Position numbers and translations under genes: made by a program. From Penicillus capitatus (Eukaryota > Plantae > Chlorophyta), in the NCBI GenBank assembly GCA_965649825.1, contig OZ287714.1:62001-126000 (forward strand): a stretch of DNA of 64,000 nucleotides, read 5' to 3'. Shown here one piece after another: positions 37,861 to 50,300 of the stretch. Each line of letters begins with the position of its first letter. The first letter of the stretch is position 1. The notes under the pieces were generated by a model. That model was not told the DNA's origin and did no database searches. It worked only from the letters and a program-made list of their open reading frames with translations.

Positions 37861-38400
37861 CTAGAAAGGCGAGGAACAGAATGTGCCCGTGATCACGGTC
37901 GCTGCGATTCGCAGGATGCGGTTGATCCGTTGTGTCTTGGAGCGGTTGTGGAGTACTAGGGGACCCCAGGATGAGGCTGCGTATGTTGCCAAGGGAGTTA
38001 AGGTGCCGCGTATCAGAGTTCGCATGCTCTGAGGGGAGGCTCCCCAGTGTATGACTGCCAGTCTTCGCATGAGGAGGAGTCGGCGCATCATCTTCTTTTG
38101 GAGGTGTTCGATGGGTGTTTGGAATGAACAACGGCGGTCGAACAAGATTCCCAGGTATTGTAGATGTTGATGTGGAAAAACCAAACGTCTCAAGTCCTGG
38201 GAAAAGATCGTACTAGCCCCTGTGCAACAGCCATTTATCGATCGATTCGGAAATCGCATCGATCGATCGATAAACTTACCCAACTTTGGTGGATTCGCCG
38301 AAGATAGATTCGGATGCGACCAGCTTCATCGCCTTTTGTGACCGGCGAGTAAGCGGGAATGAATAACAGACTTGCCCTTGGTGTAGATTAGATCAATATT
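37861..38400 (-). mobile_element. Degenerate non-LTR (LINE) reverse transcriptase fragment
   Basis: QYLGILFDRRCSFQTPIEHLQKKMMRRLLLMRRLAVIHWGASPQSMRTLIRGTLTPLATYAASSW...RILRIAATVITGTF: RT thumb/post-thumb region; adjacent sequence has stops and frameshifts. Confidence 0.8.
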
Positions 38401-38699
38401 GTTCGCCAGGTGTCTCTTCCTCACAGGCAGTGTTTGCAATGGCATATCTTCTGAGGGGGTGGTTCACGTCCATGACGACGAAGCGCTTCTGTTCGGCGTT
38501 TCAGTGTTAAAATTTAACAGGGCCCAACACAATCAAACGCCACGGAAACAGGCGCGAGGGAAAACCCTGGCCAGATCGCATCAACGGGCGGTCAGATAGG
38601 CCCACAGGGGGATGTCCAACGAGCAGCAACGACGCCGCCACCGCGACGTCGGACTCGAGCCGAGCTCGCCACCCCGCCTGCCCATCTAGGCCCCTCCGC

Positions 38700-39056
38700 G
38701 GTCGTTGGCCGGAACTGATTCGCAGAATGACGGACCCCTTCTGGGGTATGCTCCCTGAAGCAATAGAAAAACTGATAAGCAGGGTGATAGAACCTGTTGC
38801 CTACTACGGAGCGGAAGTGTGGCAAAACGTTGATTACAACGATCGCAAGCTTTCTTACCTCGAAAAAGCGATGAGGCAGACCTGCCTACTCTTGGCTGGC
38901 TCATTCCGGACGACCTCGTACCCAGCAGCATACACCCTAGCCGGTGTGCGCTTACCTGCCCAACAGATCATCCAACAGGCGCTATACTATGATGCGAGAA
39001 GAAGGCACAGAACCGACGCGGGACTGAGATACAGCCTTACCCGATCTGAACGTTAA
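38700..39056 (+). mobile_element. Second degenerate LINE fragment, opposite orientation, different element
   Basis: FWGMLPEAIEKLISRVIEPVAYYGAEVW...LEKAMRQTCLLLAGSFRTTSYPAAYTLAG matches the WG...LY...I.P.L.YG.EVW...GAFRTT...AL post-thumb motif. Confidence 0.78.
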
Positions 39057-39769
39057 GCGGGTCAGTGCTACCGCAGGATAGCTTGGAACAGATGGCAGCG
39101 CCCGGTGCTAAAAAAGTCACTGGAACTCATCCCACAGAAAACGATTTCCTGAAGAATGCGGAATGGTCGACAGCAAGAGGATGCCCTTGAATGGAGTATG
39201 AATGGGAAAAAATGAGATGATTTGACTTGAATGTAGTAGACGATAAGATTGACACTAAAATACTCGGGACGCAACTGTTGGTCCTCGGCACTGAGAGCCC
39301 GATGGCAGATCTCCGCCCAGGGGAGAACCTGAAGCGTGTATGTTGTAAAGAAGAGCAGACCTAAGAATCACTGCCGCCAATCAAGAGCAAAAGTGCGAGA
39401 AAGTGTAAACAACAGTACTTGCTAGATCGAAAAAGAAAGCTGCACCGTATAGGACCACGTTGCCCTTTCCAGATCCTCTATTAGGAATACAGCCAAAACC
39501 TGATGGCTCGGAGCAGACAAGTGATGAAGTTCAAAACTTGGAACACTGTCTGAGTCGTCCAGCCGTCTTCTGTAACACGCAATTCGATACGCCAGTAATC
39601 TACATAGCCACAGGTATCGTAATCAGTGACTGTCGTGGAGGCATGGAGGCCGCTATGCTGATAGTAGCGTAGACGACACGGAGATGATACCAGTAACACA
39701 CGTATCAGTCAGTTGCCGCAGCCGTTGTGTAGGTCGTCGTTTGTTTCGGACTGCCTACGAGGGAAGGAG

Positions 39770-39892
39770 GAAGTGGGATTACAGCACAGATTGGTGCAGA
39801 GGCAGTTGAAGAGAGTCCTCGGCATGTGCTAAAACATCATCACCGTATAAAAACTCACTGTCCAGATTTTGCAACACTGGAAGGAAGAATGG
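39770..39892 (+). pseudogene. Diverged fragment homologous to the JmjC-like gene (35931-36054)
   Basis: Manual alignment gives 101/124 identical positions with one 1-nt gap; shared blocks CAGAGGCAGTTGAAGAGAG and CCAGATTTTGCAAC.CTGGAAGGAAGAATGG. Confidence 0.85.
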
Positions 39893-41060
39893 TAGGAGGC
39901 ATTGATAGAGGACAGCAACCCTGGTCTCCGAGCCGGTGCAGCGACGATCGACCCTCCCACTAGTACCATGAAGTTCTTGTCTGTGCTCTGTACGAATGCA
40001 TCCACTCGACCGCGCCTCACCGCCGCAGTGATCTCTCTAGCTGGCCAGCCAGCCAGCCAGCCAGCCAGCCATGCGCACTGCAAAGCAGAAGCTTGTGGGA
40101 AGCTAAACGAACCGGCAGATGAAAGAGAATAGGACACCATGGGCGGTGCTGATGACATAGGTAACGTCGTGGCGGGCGCAGAGCTTCGCAATGTCGATAA
40201 GGAGTCACATCCCTGCGGCGCAAAGCAGCTGCTGGTGGACAGTACACACACCACATTCGCTGCACCCAGTTCCAACAACTGCTCCTCGATCTTGGCTACA
40301 TCCGTCAGCGGATCATTCCCTTCGATACGATTCTCGATCACGACAGGAATCAGATTGGCCGAGACAATGCATTTCAGACAGGTCTTTTGGTCGATGCGTG
40401 GCCAGATGACGTATCGTGCCTGCGGGAGAAAGATCGGCCCTTTGCTTTCGCAGCTTGCGATGAGGTGTGACCTTGCTGGGCCTCAGAGATGCTGCAGCTA
40501 ACAAGGTCATGGTCAATGCCATTCCTGTGGCAAGTGGCAACACCGTGGCCGTTCCGAGTTCTTTCATTCCTGCCAAATCCAATGCATGCGATGCCAAAAG
40601 ACAGGTCAGCTTCGCCATCAACGATGATCCGGCTGCCTTGGGCTGCTCAGCAGTCACATCTCCAGCGCGACCAATTCCGTGAGCCATACTGCACGACAAG
40701 ACCACTCCCAGAGATCCTACGTGTCGAAGCACCAGGAGTGACTTGAACGTCCGTTGTGCGACAAGAGGTGCTATGAGTCTGCCTTCTCTTTCGCCGACGC
40801 CGACGCCGACATTTCCTGGAAAGTTGTTAGAGTCCATGGCCGAAAGATCCTGTGCAATGGGAGTGAGAATGTGTGAGAGGTCTAACATCTACATGCAGGA
40901 GAGATTGGATTGTTGAGTCGTCCCAGCCCTCTCTTGGAATCCTTCTCTCGGAGAGCAGAGACTTAATGCGTTTGCTGCGTCCACGGAGCGCCTGGGCGCC
41001 TTGATCGACGTAGCTCTTGGAGATCAAAGTGCGTGCCAGCTGAAGATTGGCATCATCCAT
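39890..41060 (-). pseudogene. SEPSECS: SepSecS (O-phosphoseryl-tRNA(Sec) selenium transferase) pseudogene, frameshifted and 3'-truncated
   Basis: AMDSNNFPGNVGVGVGEREGR, HGIGRAGDVTAEQPKAAGSSL, YVIWPRIDQKTC, STSSCFAP, GRVDAFVQSTDKNFMV. A 1-nt loss near 40200 moves IDIAKLCARHDV to another frame; homology stops at SINASY where YPGRAS is expected. Confidence 0.88.
40045..40071 (+). repeat. (GCCA)n tetranucleotide microsatellite in SepSecS intron
   Basis: GCCAGCCAGCCAGCCAGCCAGCCAGCC run. Confidence 0.8.
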
Positions 41061-41367
41061 AGCCGCAAGCAGAATCCGGAAGGAAAGAGCTGACGTGACG
41101 CCGTGCCGTCGCATCATGTCGTACCCACACTGTGGTGTTTGTTACACGACCACTTGTTCAGCTCAATACAGCAATCGATCGAGGATCTGAAGAGTTTTCA
41201 TGGACTGGGCTAAACAAGAGAACTTGGTCCCGACGCCACTGGACGCAGGACTCTCCGTTCAAGGTTCCACGTTCATGTTTCAAGGTGTGCCCATTCGTAA
41301 AGCACTGCAAAAATGATATCGGTTTCAAAAAATGAGAATCAATCGTGTTTGTTTGTTCGTGTAAAGG

Positions 41368-44300
41368 CTAAAGAAAGTTGACGATGATGATATCCGAGCA
41401 CATGTCACCAATGATCTTTCCAAATTGATCTGTGACGACCTTAGATGTCGAAGAGGTGCCTTCAGGTGGCACCAGGTCCTTGGACTCCAGACAGTATTTC
41501 CCTTCATCATAGCATTCCCTGAATTTCTCAATCATCATGTCAGTGTCTTCCTTGATTCTACTGAAAAGCAAATGGATGTTCTTTTCGCGCAGTTTCTTCA
41601 TTGTTGTCTCCACAGTGAGTCCACTGGGATCGCCATTTGGAAATCTGCACGTGATAGTTGAAAAAGCAGGAATGTGTGTTGATGGTCACTCACGTATCGG
41701 TGATAGTACTTCTGTGCAGATCGGATCCATGTCCCGGAGCGTCGGCGATGAGAATGCAGAACTTCACCCTGCTGCTCCATCCTTCTAAATCTGCTGCAGC
41801 ATTTAGGCCTCCAAGGACGTCTTCGGCATCATCCTTTCCTCCATGAGCAATCTGATTTGAAAGAAATTCTTGCACGTGATTCGGTCCGTGCTCAAAAGGA
41901 CAACGACACATCTGTTCATCGCCGTCTCCGTAATCTCTGTAGGCAACCATGCCGAAATTAAAAACCAGTTCCACGAGAGAATGCTCCTCCTGGATCTTTT
42001 CAGAGATGGTACTGCAAATCACCTAGACATTGCCAACAGAGGACGTTCAAACAGACAGCCAAGATGTGAGCCTTACGTTGATTTGTTCAACGGCGGCTTT
42101 CATCCAAATGCCCATAGATCCAGTGCAATCCATGCAGAAGCAAATGTCCACTGACATCCTGGATGGTCTGTTGCCACGTATCAATCGTGCTTCTCTCTCT
42201 TCACGCATAGGTGCCAAGTCGGAGAACACTGCTTCTTGCTTCTCGAGAATGTCTCGGACGGATTCGTTCGTGCTTTCTGGGAGAAGGCGAAGGTTCAGCC
42301 AGACCATAGGTTCCCCAAGGCTCGTCGCATTCTGCTTATGGGCCGCCGTCCGCGTGGCATTCTCCATTCGTTCGATGGCATTCGGCAACAGATGAGGAAA
42401 GGCAGCTGTGATCCACTTGTTGTAGCAGTTCTTGACAAAGGAGACTTCGGGGCCAACGCTCATCGCCAGAACATCGATTCCTGACACTTCAAGTTTGGAC
42501 AAAGCTGAGGCGAGTCGCACACCAGAGCTTCCATAGCCGTCCGTCATGATAAAGATCTTCTTGGGTCCTCTTACGTTGCTGGATTCCAACAGCTCCTCGG
42601 AGAAGAGCAGTGCATCGGCATCCATGGTCGCAGGCTCATGTGCCTGCTCCACAGTCTTCATGAGCATGGCGATGCACACATCTTCCCACGCCATATCCGG
42701 CAGTTTAATCGGATAGATCTGTTCGGCGAACAGAACCACGGAAAAGTTGTCGATGTTCATCTGCTGGAGTGCCCCAATCATCAGGAAGAGTGTTTCCAGA
42801 GCACACGTTTGTTTGATTCCGTGCTTCATCGAGACAGAGATGTCCAGGAGGAGCGCGACGGCGTACTCTGCCCTTCCACCTCCCTTCTTGTTCGCGAAGA
42901 TCTTCTTCTCGCTTCCTTGTGTCGCCAGATGCTTGATGTATCCAGGAATGTGAATCGTCGGTCCCTTCACATCCGCTCTCTTTCGGTTGAAGACGTTGTG
43001 TGGAAGGTAGCTCTCCAAGGCTTCGGCCACGCGACCGATTTCGGATCCCAGACGCTCCTCGGTCTGCATCCAGGCTTTCTCGGCCGCCTTCAGATGCTCT
43101 CTCGCATTCGAATTGGTCAGCAGGGCGTCGTACTGCCTTTGGAGTTCGTCTGCCAGTTTCTCAACGTCGATCGGTTCGATCTCTTTCGTGACCCGTCGGC
43201 CCATCTCCTCTGCGAAGGGAATGACGCCTGGACGATAGTCACATTCGATGAAGTCTTCCCTGGTGAACCCCTCTGGCAGCACAGGCAACACGTTCTTGCC
43301 AAAATCTTCGCAGATGGCATCGAAGTCGACGTCTCTAAAATCGGTTTCGGGAGTGTTTTGGACGACTGGGACAGAACCCGTTGCAGATGCAGGCAGGGGC
43401 GAATTCGTGATGCTGTCGTAAATGATACCCATCTGCTGTTCGATCAGACTGACCAGAACTCTTGGCAGTGCATCGACTTCATCCACATGGAGCATGGCAA
43501 ACTGCGCACCGACGCTCGTCCACAGTGCTCTGATGGAACTCATCAAATCCTTTTGCAGGTCATCGTGGATGTTGAGGACCACCAAGCTGATGTTCTTCTC
43601 TCTGCACACGGACAGATAGTCCTCCCTCTTTCGTTCCTGAGTCAAGCCATCAACGATCATGAGCATCACTCTGTGATGCTGTCTCTTTTCTTCCTGGGAG
43701 AGACTCAATGGCCACACTTTCTGCGCCACATTTCTGACGGCTGATGCAGGGAATGTTCCTTCGTCGAAAGTGAAAGCATCGATGATCTGTTGTCCGACGT
43801 CGACAGTGAACGGATCTCTGATGAGCTTCTGCATTCGCTGAGAAGTGCTGTCGCCGAAGAGAGCCACGGCAAAGTGGAACTCCAATCTGTGGAGCATCTC
43901 CATCACCAGTACAAGAGCTTCTTTCATTTGGTGCTCTTTGGTGATCATGGATCCCGAATTGTCAACGAGCAGACACCACTCGATCACATGCCTTTCGGCG
44001 ACAGCTTTGTAAAGCTCTGTGTAACCCCTCTCCAATCCATGCATCATTGTCTTCAGGCACTTGGTGAAAGTGGCATTGTCCAGCAGCAGTTGATAGGTCC
44101 AGTTGTCGAGGCGCGCCGGTTCTGGATGGACTGGATCTTCCACCGGATGAAGGTTCGCAGCTGCGCTGTTTTCTTGGTCATGATGGTGGAGAGATGGCAT
44201 CTGAGACATCTGTTCCACTCGTTTACGGGCAGCTTCGCGGCTGGAATCGACCCCTACGCGAATCAATACAGCGTCGTCATCTGCGGCCCCGGTGAAGAGG

Positions 44301-47300
44301 TCGAAATCGTCTCCTTGGAGATTTTGAATCCTTTGGATTCTTTCGCCAGAGGAGGCGGTCTGTCCAAGCACACCTATAGTATTCCATGCCAGATGATCCG
44401 GGAGCTTAAATGCCCCTGTGGCTTTGACATCGTCCACTGCATCTTCCGTTGGCCCTGTTCCGGTTCCGGCTGTCAAGATTTTCGCATCCGAGTCGATCTT
44501 GATGTCCACGGTTCCCTCCAGCACCACAGAGACTTTGTCTTTTGTCTGAGATCCATCCATCGCGGCCGTCGATTTCAAGAAGTCATAGAAACTCGATTTG
44601 TCCTGGGCCGGATCTGGACCATCTTGCATGCCGATTTCAAAACGGGTAGCCTCAGGTCTTCGTGTTATTCGTGCGGAATCAGAAGTCGGCAATCCTCCGT
44701 GAGATATGCTTGAGCGATGGCCGCTTGTCGGAGGCATGTTGAAGTCAATGGTGTATCCATGGAATGCCTCTGTTGCTCCAGCATCCTCCATGAGACTTCT
44801 GAGTTCTGTCGGAAGCTTTTTCTTGTGAATCGCATTCAAGCAATGCACGACGCTGCGGTAGACGGGCTGCATAGCATCAGGCATCTGGAAAAGGCTGAAG
44901 TCTTCAAGGTACTGTCGCAGAAACTGGAAAAGGAAACCAATATCAATTCCTGCACACACAATTCGGCTCTCGACCATCATGTCTTCTTCCTGCCTCGAAT
45001 GGCGACAAAGGCGAACAGCCTTTTCGAAGAGAACGCACCATTGCTCAGTCGTTTCTTTCAGATGGACAATGGCATGTGTCATGTCACCGAACGTCATGAT
45101 CGTGAAATTGCCTTCATCGTGGAGACCCTCCAGAACGTCCTGAACCTTGAGACGTTTCGAGACATCTTTGAGAGCGGCCTCCACTGTCTCCAGGCTCTGG
45201 AAGGAGTTTGCAGGCACGGCCGTGGAAGACTCAGGCAGATCGTTTGATTCGATCTCGGTTGATCCATCTCTCTCGACAGAATCGTGTGAGGCACTTCTTG
45301 GCAAAAGGGCGATTTGATTGGTTGGGACATCAATGGACGGCAAGAACCACTTCCAGTCCGTATCGTCCGTCGATGCAACAGCACTGGTTTCTGCTGCTGC
45401 AGTGTCACCTCCACCATCCAGCGCCTCAGACACATCTTCTGCCGCGATATCACCCTCACCCTCATCATCTTCTCCCGCGTCGTCGCCCTCTCCTTCATCT
45501 TTGTCTTGGATGATTGCCACTGGATACGATGCATCTGGGACAACTGTCGTCTTAAATTCGAGCTTGACAGACCGCGTGACATGAAAAGCTTCCTTCTGCT
45601 TCCAGACGTCGTCGGCAAAGTATCGGTATAAGGAATGGAGAAGTGCCATCCTGCTGAAGATGCGGGCTTCAGAGGAGAGCTCATCCGGAATGACACATGC
45701 ATAGAAGCTGAAGAAGATCTCTTTCAAGACGTCACTCTTCTTTCTGCAGTCGCTCCATTTTTCGAGAGATGCAATCTGATCCACGAGCGACTTGATTTCG
45801 AGAAGGCCTGAAAGCATCATTCTCTTCTCTCCGTCTATCTTACTGACAGACTCTTTGGCTCTGGCAAGCTTCAGCAGAGACACGAGTGTATCAAACGCCT
45901 CTTTGTCGCAGGTCTCGTAGCTTGCTTCCTGGGTCTCGTCGTCGATCTCTGCGCCGCCATTGATGAAGGCATCAATGGCACCGAGGAGTAAATCGCTGTG
46001 TTCCTCTGGAAAGACGGCTTCTACGATTTCCCTCCTCAGGCTTTCGCTCTCTCGCTCTTCTTCCACAAGATCCAGAACAGCGGATAGAACATCCACGCCG
46101 GAGATCTCTTGAGCCAGTGCTCTGCAGAGAGACAGGACGCTGCTTAGTGTGAAGTCGGCTGCCACTTTTGTCAACCCGTTCACCACCTCAGGTTTCGCGA
46201 TCTCTGTCGTCTTCACGGCTGCAGCACACCGGAGAACTCTCGAGGCCAAGTCGAATGGATTGGTGCTGCTTGAGAGAGTCTCGGGCTTAAGAACCATAAG
46301 CGCCTGTCTCAGAGTTTCTTCCTTCTTGTCCAGAATCTCTTTCTGAATGTCAGAACTCTTGGTGGTCTCCAGACTGAACCATTCAACTAATAGGCTCCTA
46401 AGTGGAGCAATTAGCTTATGGCTTCCCTCACTGACGACATCGAGCTTCACAATCTCGGACATGCTGCGCTTCAGAGCCTCCTGACGATGTAGTTCCATGA
46501 ATCCATGCAATTCATCGGAGATTGCTGTGTCCATGTCGCGCGTGCTGCTGATGATCTTAAGTACACTCTCTTTGAGCGACGCCGGATTCTCTTTGGGAAT
46601 GTCAGTGTCATCCATCTGTCCAAAGAACAACTCGATTGCGATCTGTTGGATGTATCGTTTTCTGTGCTGCAATGTTCTGTAGTTCCCCGTGTGAAGCATC
46701 GACAGAGGATATACGAGCTCTTCGAGATTCCCTCTCTGTAGGATCTTCTGAGTGATGTTCTTCGAATCCATAGGGGTGCCCACCACACCGACAGGATTGT
46801 CAGAATCTCGTTCTCTGCCAAGAAGCACGCTCAGCAGATGATGGACAACGGCCTCCCCAGTCCCACCTCCTCTGATCTTGGCCAAGACGCAGAATGCATC
46901 GAAAACGCCTGCTGCGGTTCTGGAACACAAACCGTCTATCACGCCCTTCGTCTCTGCGTTCGCCAGATACTGTTTGAGGGCAACGAGGTCAATCTCCGCT
47001 GTACTCCATGTCTTCATCGTCATCAGATTCGTGATGACTGCTGGCGGGATCGTAGGGCACAGCTCAGTGAGGCTCTGGGCAATGCGCTGACCGAACGATT
47101 CGGAATCCTGGACTCCATCTCCGCACAGTAGCACGCCCTCCATCACTTCAGAGAACTCGATACGTTCATTCACGTCATGCACAAGTATGCACTTCACTCG
47201 TTCGAGGCAGTTCTTCATAGTCCGTTGTTCATTCTGGGATCTGCTTTCCCATATTTCTCTGCCACACTTCTCAAACAGACATGCCCTTGATTCATCCGTA

Positions 47301-50300
47301 AAGGTATCGCTGAGGCATGCGATGGCGGCCTTCCATTGCTGATCTTCGCGACAGTCTGCTCGCAGCACGTACAGAGCTACAGCCATCCTTCGCAGGCCAG
47401 GGGAGAGATCATCCAGAATGATGGAAGGCAGACAGATGTCTCCAAAGTGCAGCTGTCCGCCATCCCGAAAAGGCACGCAAGCACGCTCAAAATACTCTTT
47501 GAGGTTCTGAGACGTATTACGGATACCATCCGATTCCCGAAACAAATCTCCTGCATACTGAGCACATTCGCTGGGGATGTCTTCAGGATCGCTTTCGAGA
47601 ATATGTTCAGCTTGCTCATCGGACAACGGCCAGTCAGATTTCAGCATGAACATTTCGCTGAGCAGCAGAAAACAGAACGCTTGGACAGTGGATGCATGGT
47701 GCAGCTGAAGCGCAGAGAGAAGATGAAGATTTGACATGCGGTTTTCCCAATCACTCCTCGGAAAGCTGCTAATTTCACTGGATTCTGCACATAAGTTCAT
47801 CATCTGCCGAGCAGCGGAGGAAGCATGTCCAACATACGCCAGGAGAACCACATTGTGTGTCAGCGGCAGGCACAGTGACAGATCATCTTTGATCAAGAAG
47901 TCATCTTCGGATTGAATCTGCAACGTCTCTACGATCCATCCGGTTGACGCGCCAGTCTTCAGTTCAATCTGCGTGACCACACAGTTCCAATTGGGATGAA
48001 ACTCTTGTGGCATGTCATTTGAGCCGAATATCCAAGGTCCCTTTTTGCTGGAACCTGTTCCTCCCACGGCCATCTTCGACTTCAGCGACAAGGACTGAAT
48101 CTGGGGCGTCTCTACCAAATGGGTCTTGATCAGAGTAGGCTTCTTAGTGAATATGTCCAGTTTTCTCGTCTCTTTTTGGCTGACATTGAGAGGATTGAAG
48201 AAGAGACTGCGAGGATGGCAGATCACTGTGTTGAACTTGGGCATGACCAAACACACAGCGAATTTTATCTTCTTCTGATTTTCAGTGCAGAAGACAACGG
48301 TGGACTTCTTCACCTTCAGGGTCTGCACATCCCAGTGCATGACGATGTCTACTTTGCAGTACGGATCGAGCAGATAGCATTCCTGATCAAATGTGAAATG
48401 CTTGCTGCTAGGAGGATAGATCCTGACATGGACACCAGATTTGTTTTCGACCATGTTCGCTGCCTTGAGTGTGACGGATCTGCTTCCCTGTGCAATGGCA
48501 TCCAAATGCTCTTGCCGGACTTCGAAGTCGACTTCGCGTTTCAGGAAAGTCGGTATCGGTTCTATCCACTTTCCTGCGATCACCAGGCTCTTTTCGATGC
48601 ATCCGACGATTTGAATTCTGAGTTCCTGTCGCAGGTTGTCCAAAAAGCTGCTTGTCATTGAGAGTGAGATGTTGGAGGATGTCTCATCAACACGGACAGT
48701 GCCATCAACCTCGCCACCGATCTCCAGCACAGACGATTGCGGAATGAGATGGTAGATGACGGGAACTGTTCCTGTGTTCCGAATGCGAATGACAGCCTTC
48801 GTTCTCATTCCAGGCGGGACCACCGGCAAACGAAACATCGTCCCTTCAATCTTGCTTCCTGTATCGGTCACCAACTCGTACAGAGGTCGCGTAACTTGGG
48901 CTGTCATCGGAATGTATCTCATATTGCCGACGATGCCGAGGACCATCTTGCTGTCGACATCCTCATCCATGTCACCAGGATGCATCGTCACTGTCAGGGA
49001 CTGAGAACTGCGTGCATCCAGATGGAAGGACTGAGGAGAGAGAGTGAACTGAGTACGTGTGCGTCTGAACTGCACTTGACTCTTGACCAAGAGAGGAAAG
49101 TCTGTCACATTCTTGATGTGCAGTGTCTGTTCGATGTCCTGGGAATTGGTGATGACAGTGCCGAGATCGATGGCGTCTGTGCTGAGCTGCACGGCAAGTC
49201 TCTGGACTTCGATGATCATCTTGAATCTGGCATCCAGTCTTCCATCGGAAGATGTTATCTTCCACGATTCTGCGATCTGCCCAGTGACACCAGGATCTAT
49301 GCCGAATCTGAAGTGGCAACTGGTCTTTCCATACAGAGTAACATCTGTCGATGCTGTTCCATAAAAAGCCTGGGAAGATGGATCCACTGGCGAGAGATGG
49401 ACACGGATTTCTTCGCTCGTGCGATTCTCCACCTCGACCGTGTAGACATGCGTGCTCGGTGTCGACAGGGGAACGTCCTTCTGGTGTAGGACCGCGCCAA
49501 AGTCCACGGCGCAGTCTGGACTGCTCAAAGATAACATGCCGTCTTCCTCACAGATCGTAATCTTGGAGGAGTGTCGCATCTGTGTTCCGGGGAGAATGTT
49601 CATGGCTGTGGTTCCCAGCCTTTGGGTGATTTCCATTCTCTCGCCGAGTTGCTTTACTAGTCTTACGAAACATGTTCGGGATCTTCCCATGGACAGAGCC
49701 ATTTCCACATGCGACTCGCGATGCAGCATCATCTCTTGATCGAATGGAGAAAGGACCTTCTCGAGAAGGGTCTTCCATTCCTGCTGGTGCTTCTCACACA
49801 TCTTCAACTTCTCTTCAGATGCAGCACCAATTGCATGTTGACAGACTGCAATGACATAAAGCTCCAGCAAGATGCTCACGGCTTCGTTTCCGTATCGTCG
49901 CAGTGCATCGACGTCGTAGTTAAGCTTTTCTAGCATCGTCCGCATTTCGGCATTCCATATGAGCCCCATCTGTCCTGATTGGACATTGGCCAGTGAAGAC
50001 TCGTCGGTCGTCACCAGTATCATTCCCGGATGAGAAGACACGTCCGGAGGAGATTGGAGACTGCAAAACAGATTCTCGATTCCGTCGCGGATCGGATTCA
50101 GTCGCAGCGTTTGAGCTTCTGCGGCATTGAGACTGTCCAGGACCTCTTCTAGTAGTCGTGAAACATCTTCTGCGAATCGTTTGCCCTCCATCACAGCTTT
50201 TGCGTGCCACGAATGATCCATAGATGTGCGATCGCTCTGTTGGAGACCTTGTGCTCGATCTGCTTCTTCCAAGTGTCTCTGGGTTTCGTTTTCATTCGCG

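Noticed and set aside
39481-39699. 72-aa minus-strand ORF in the decayed island
   Set aside because: No recognisable homology.
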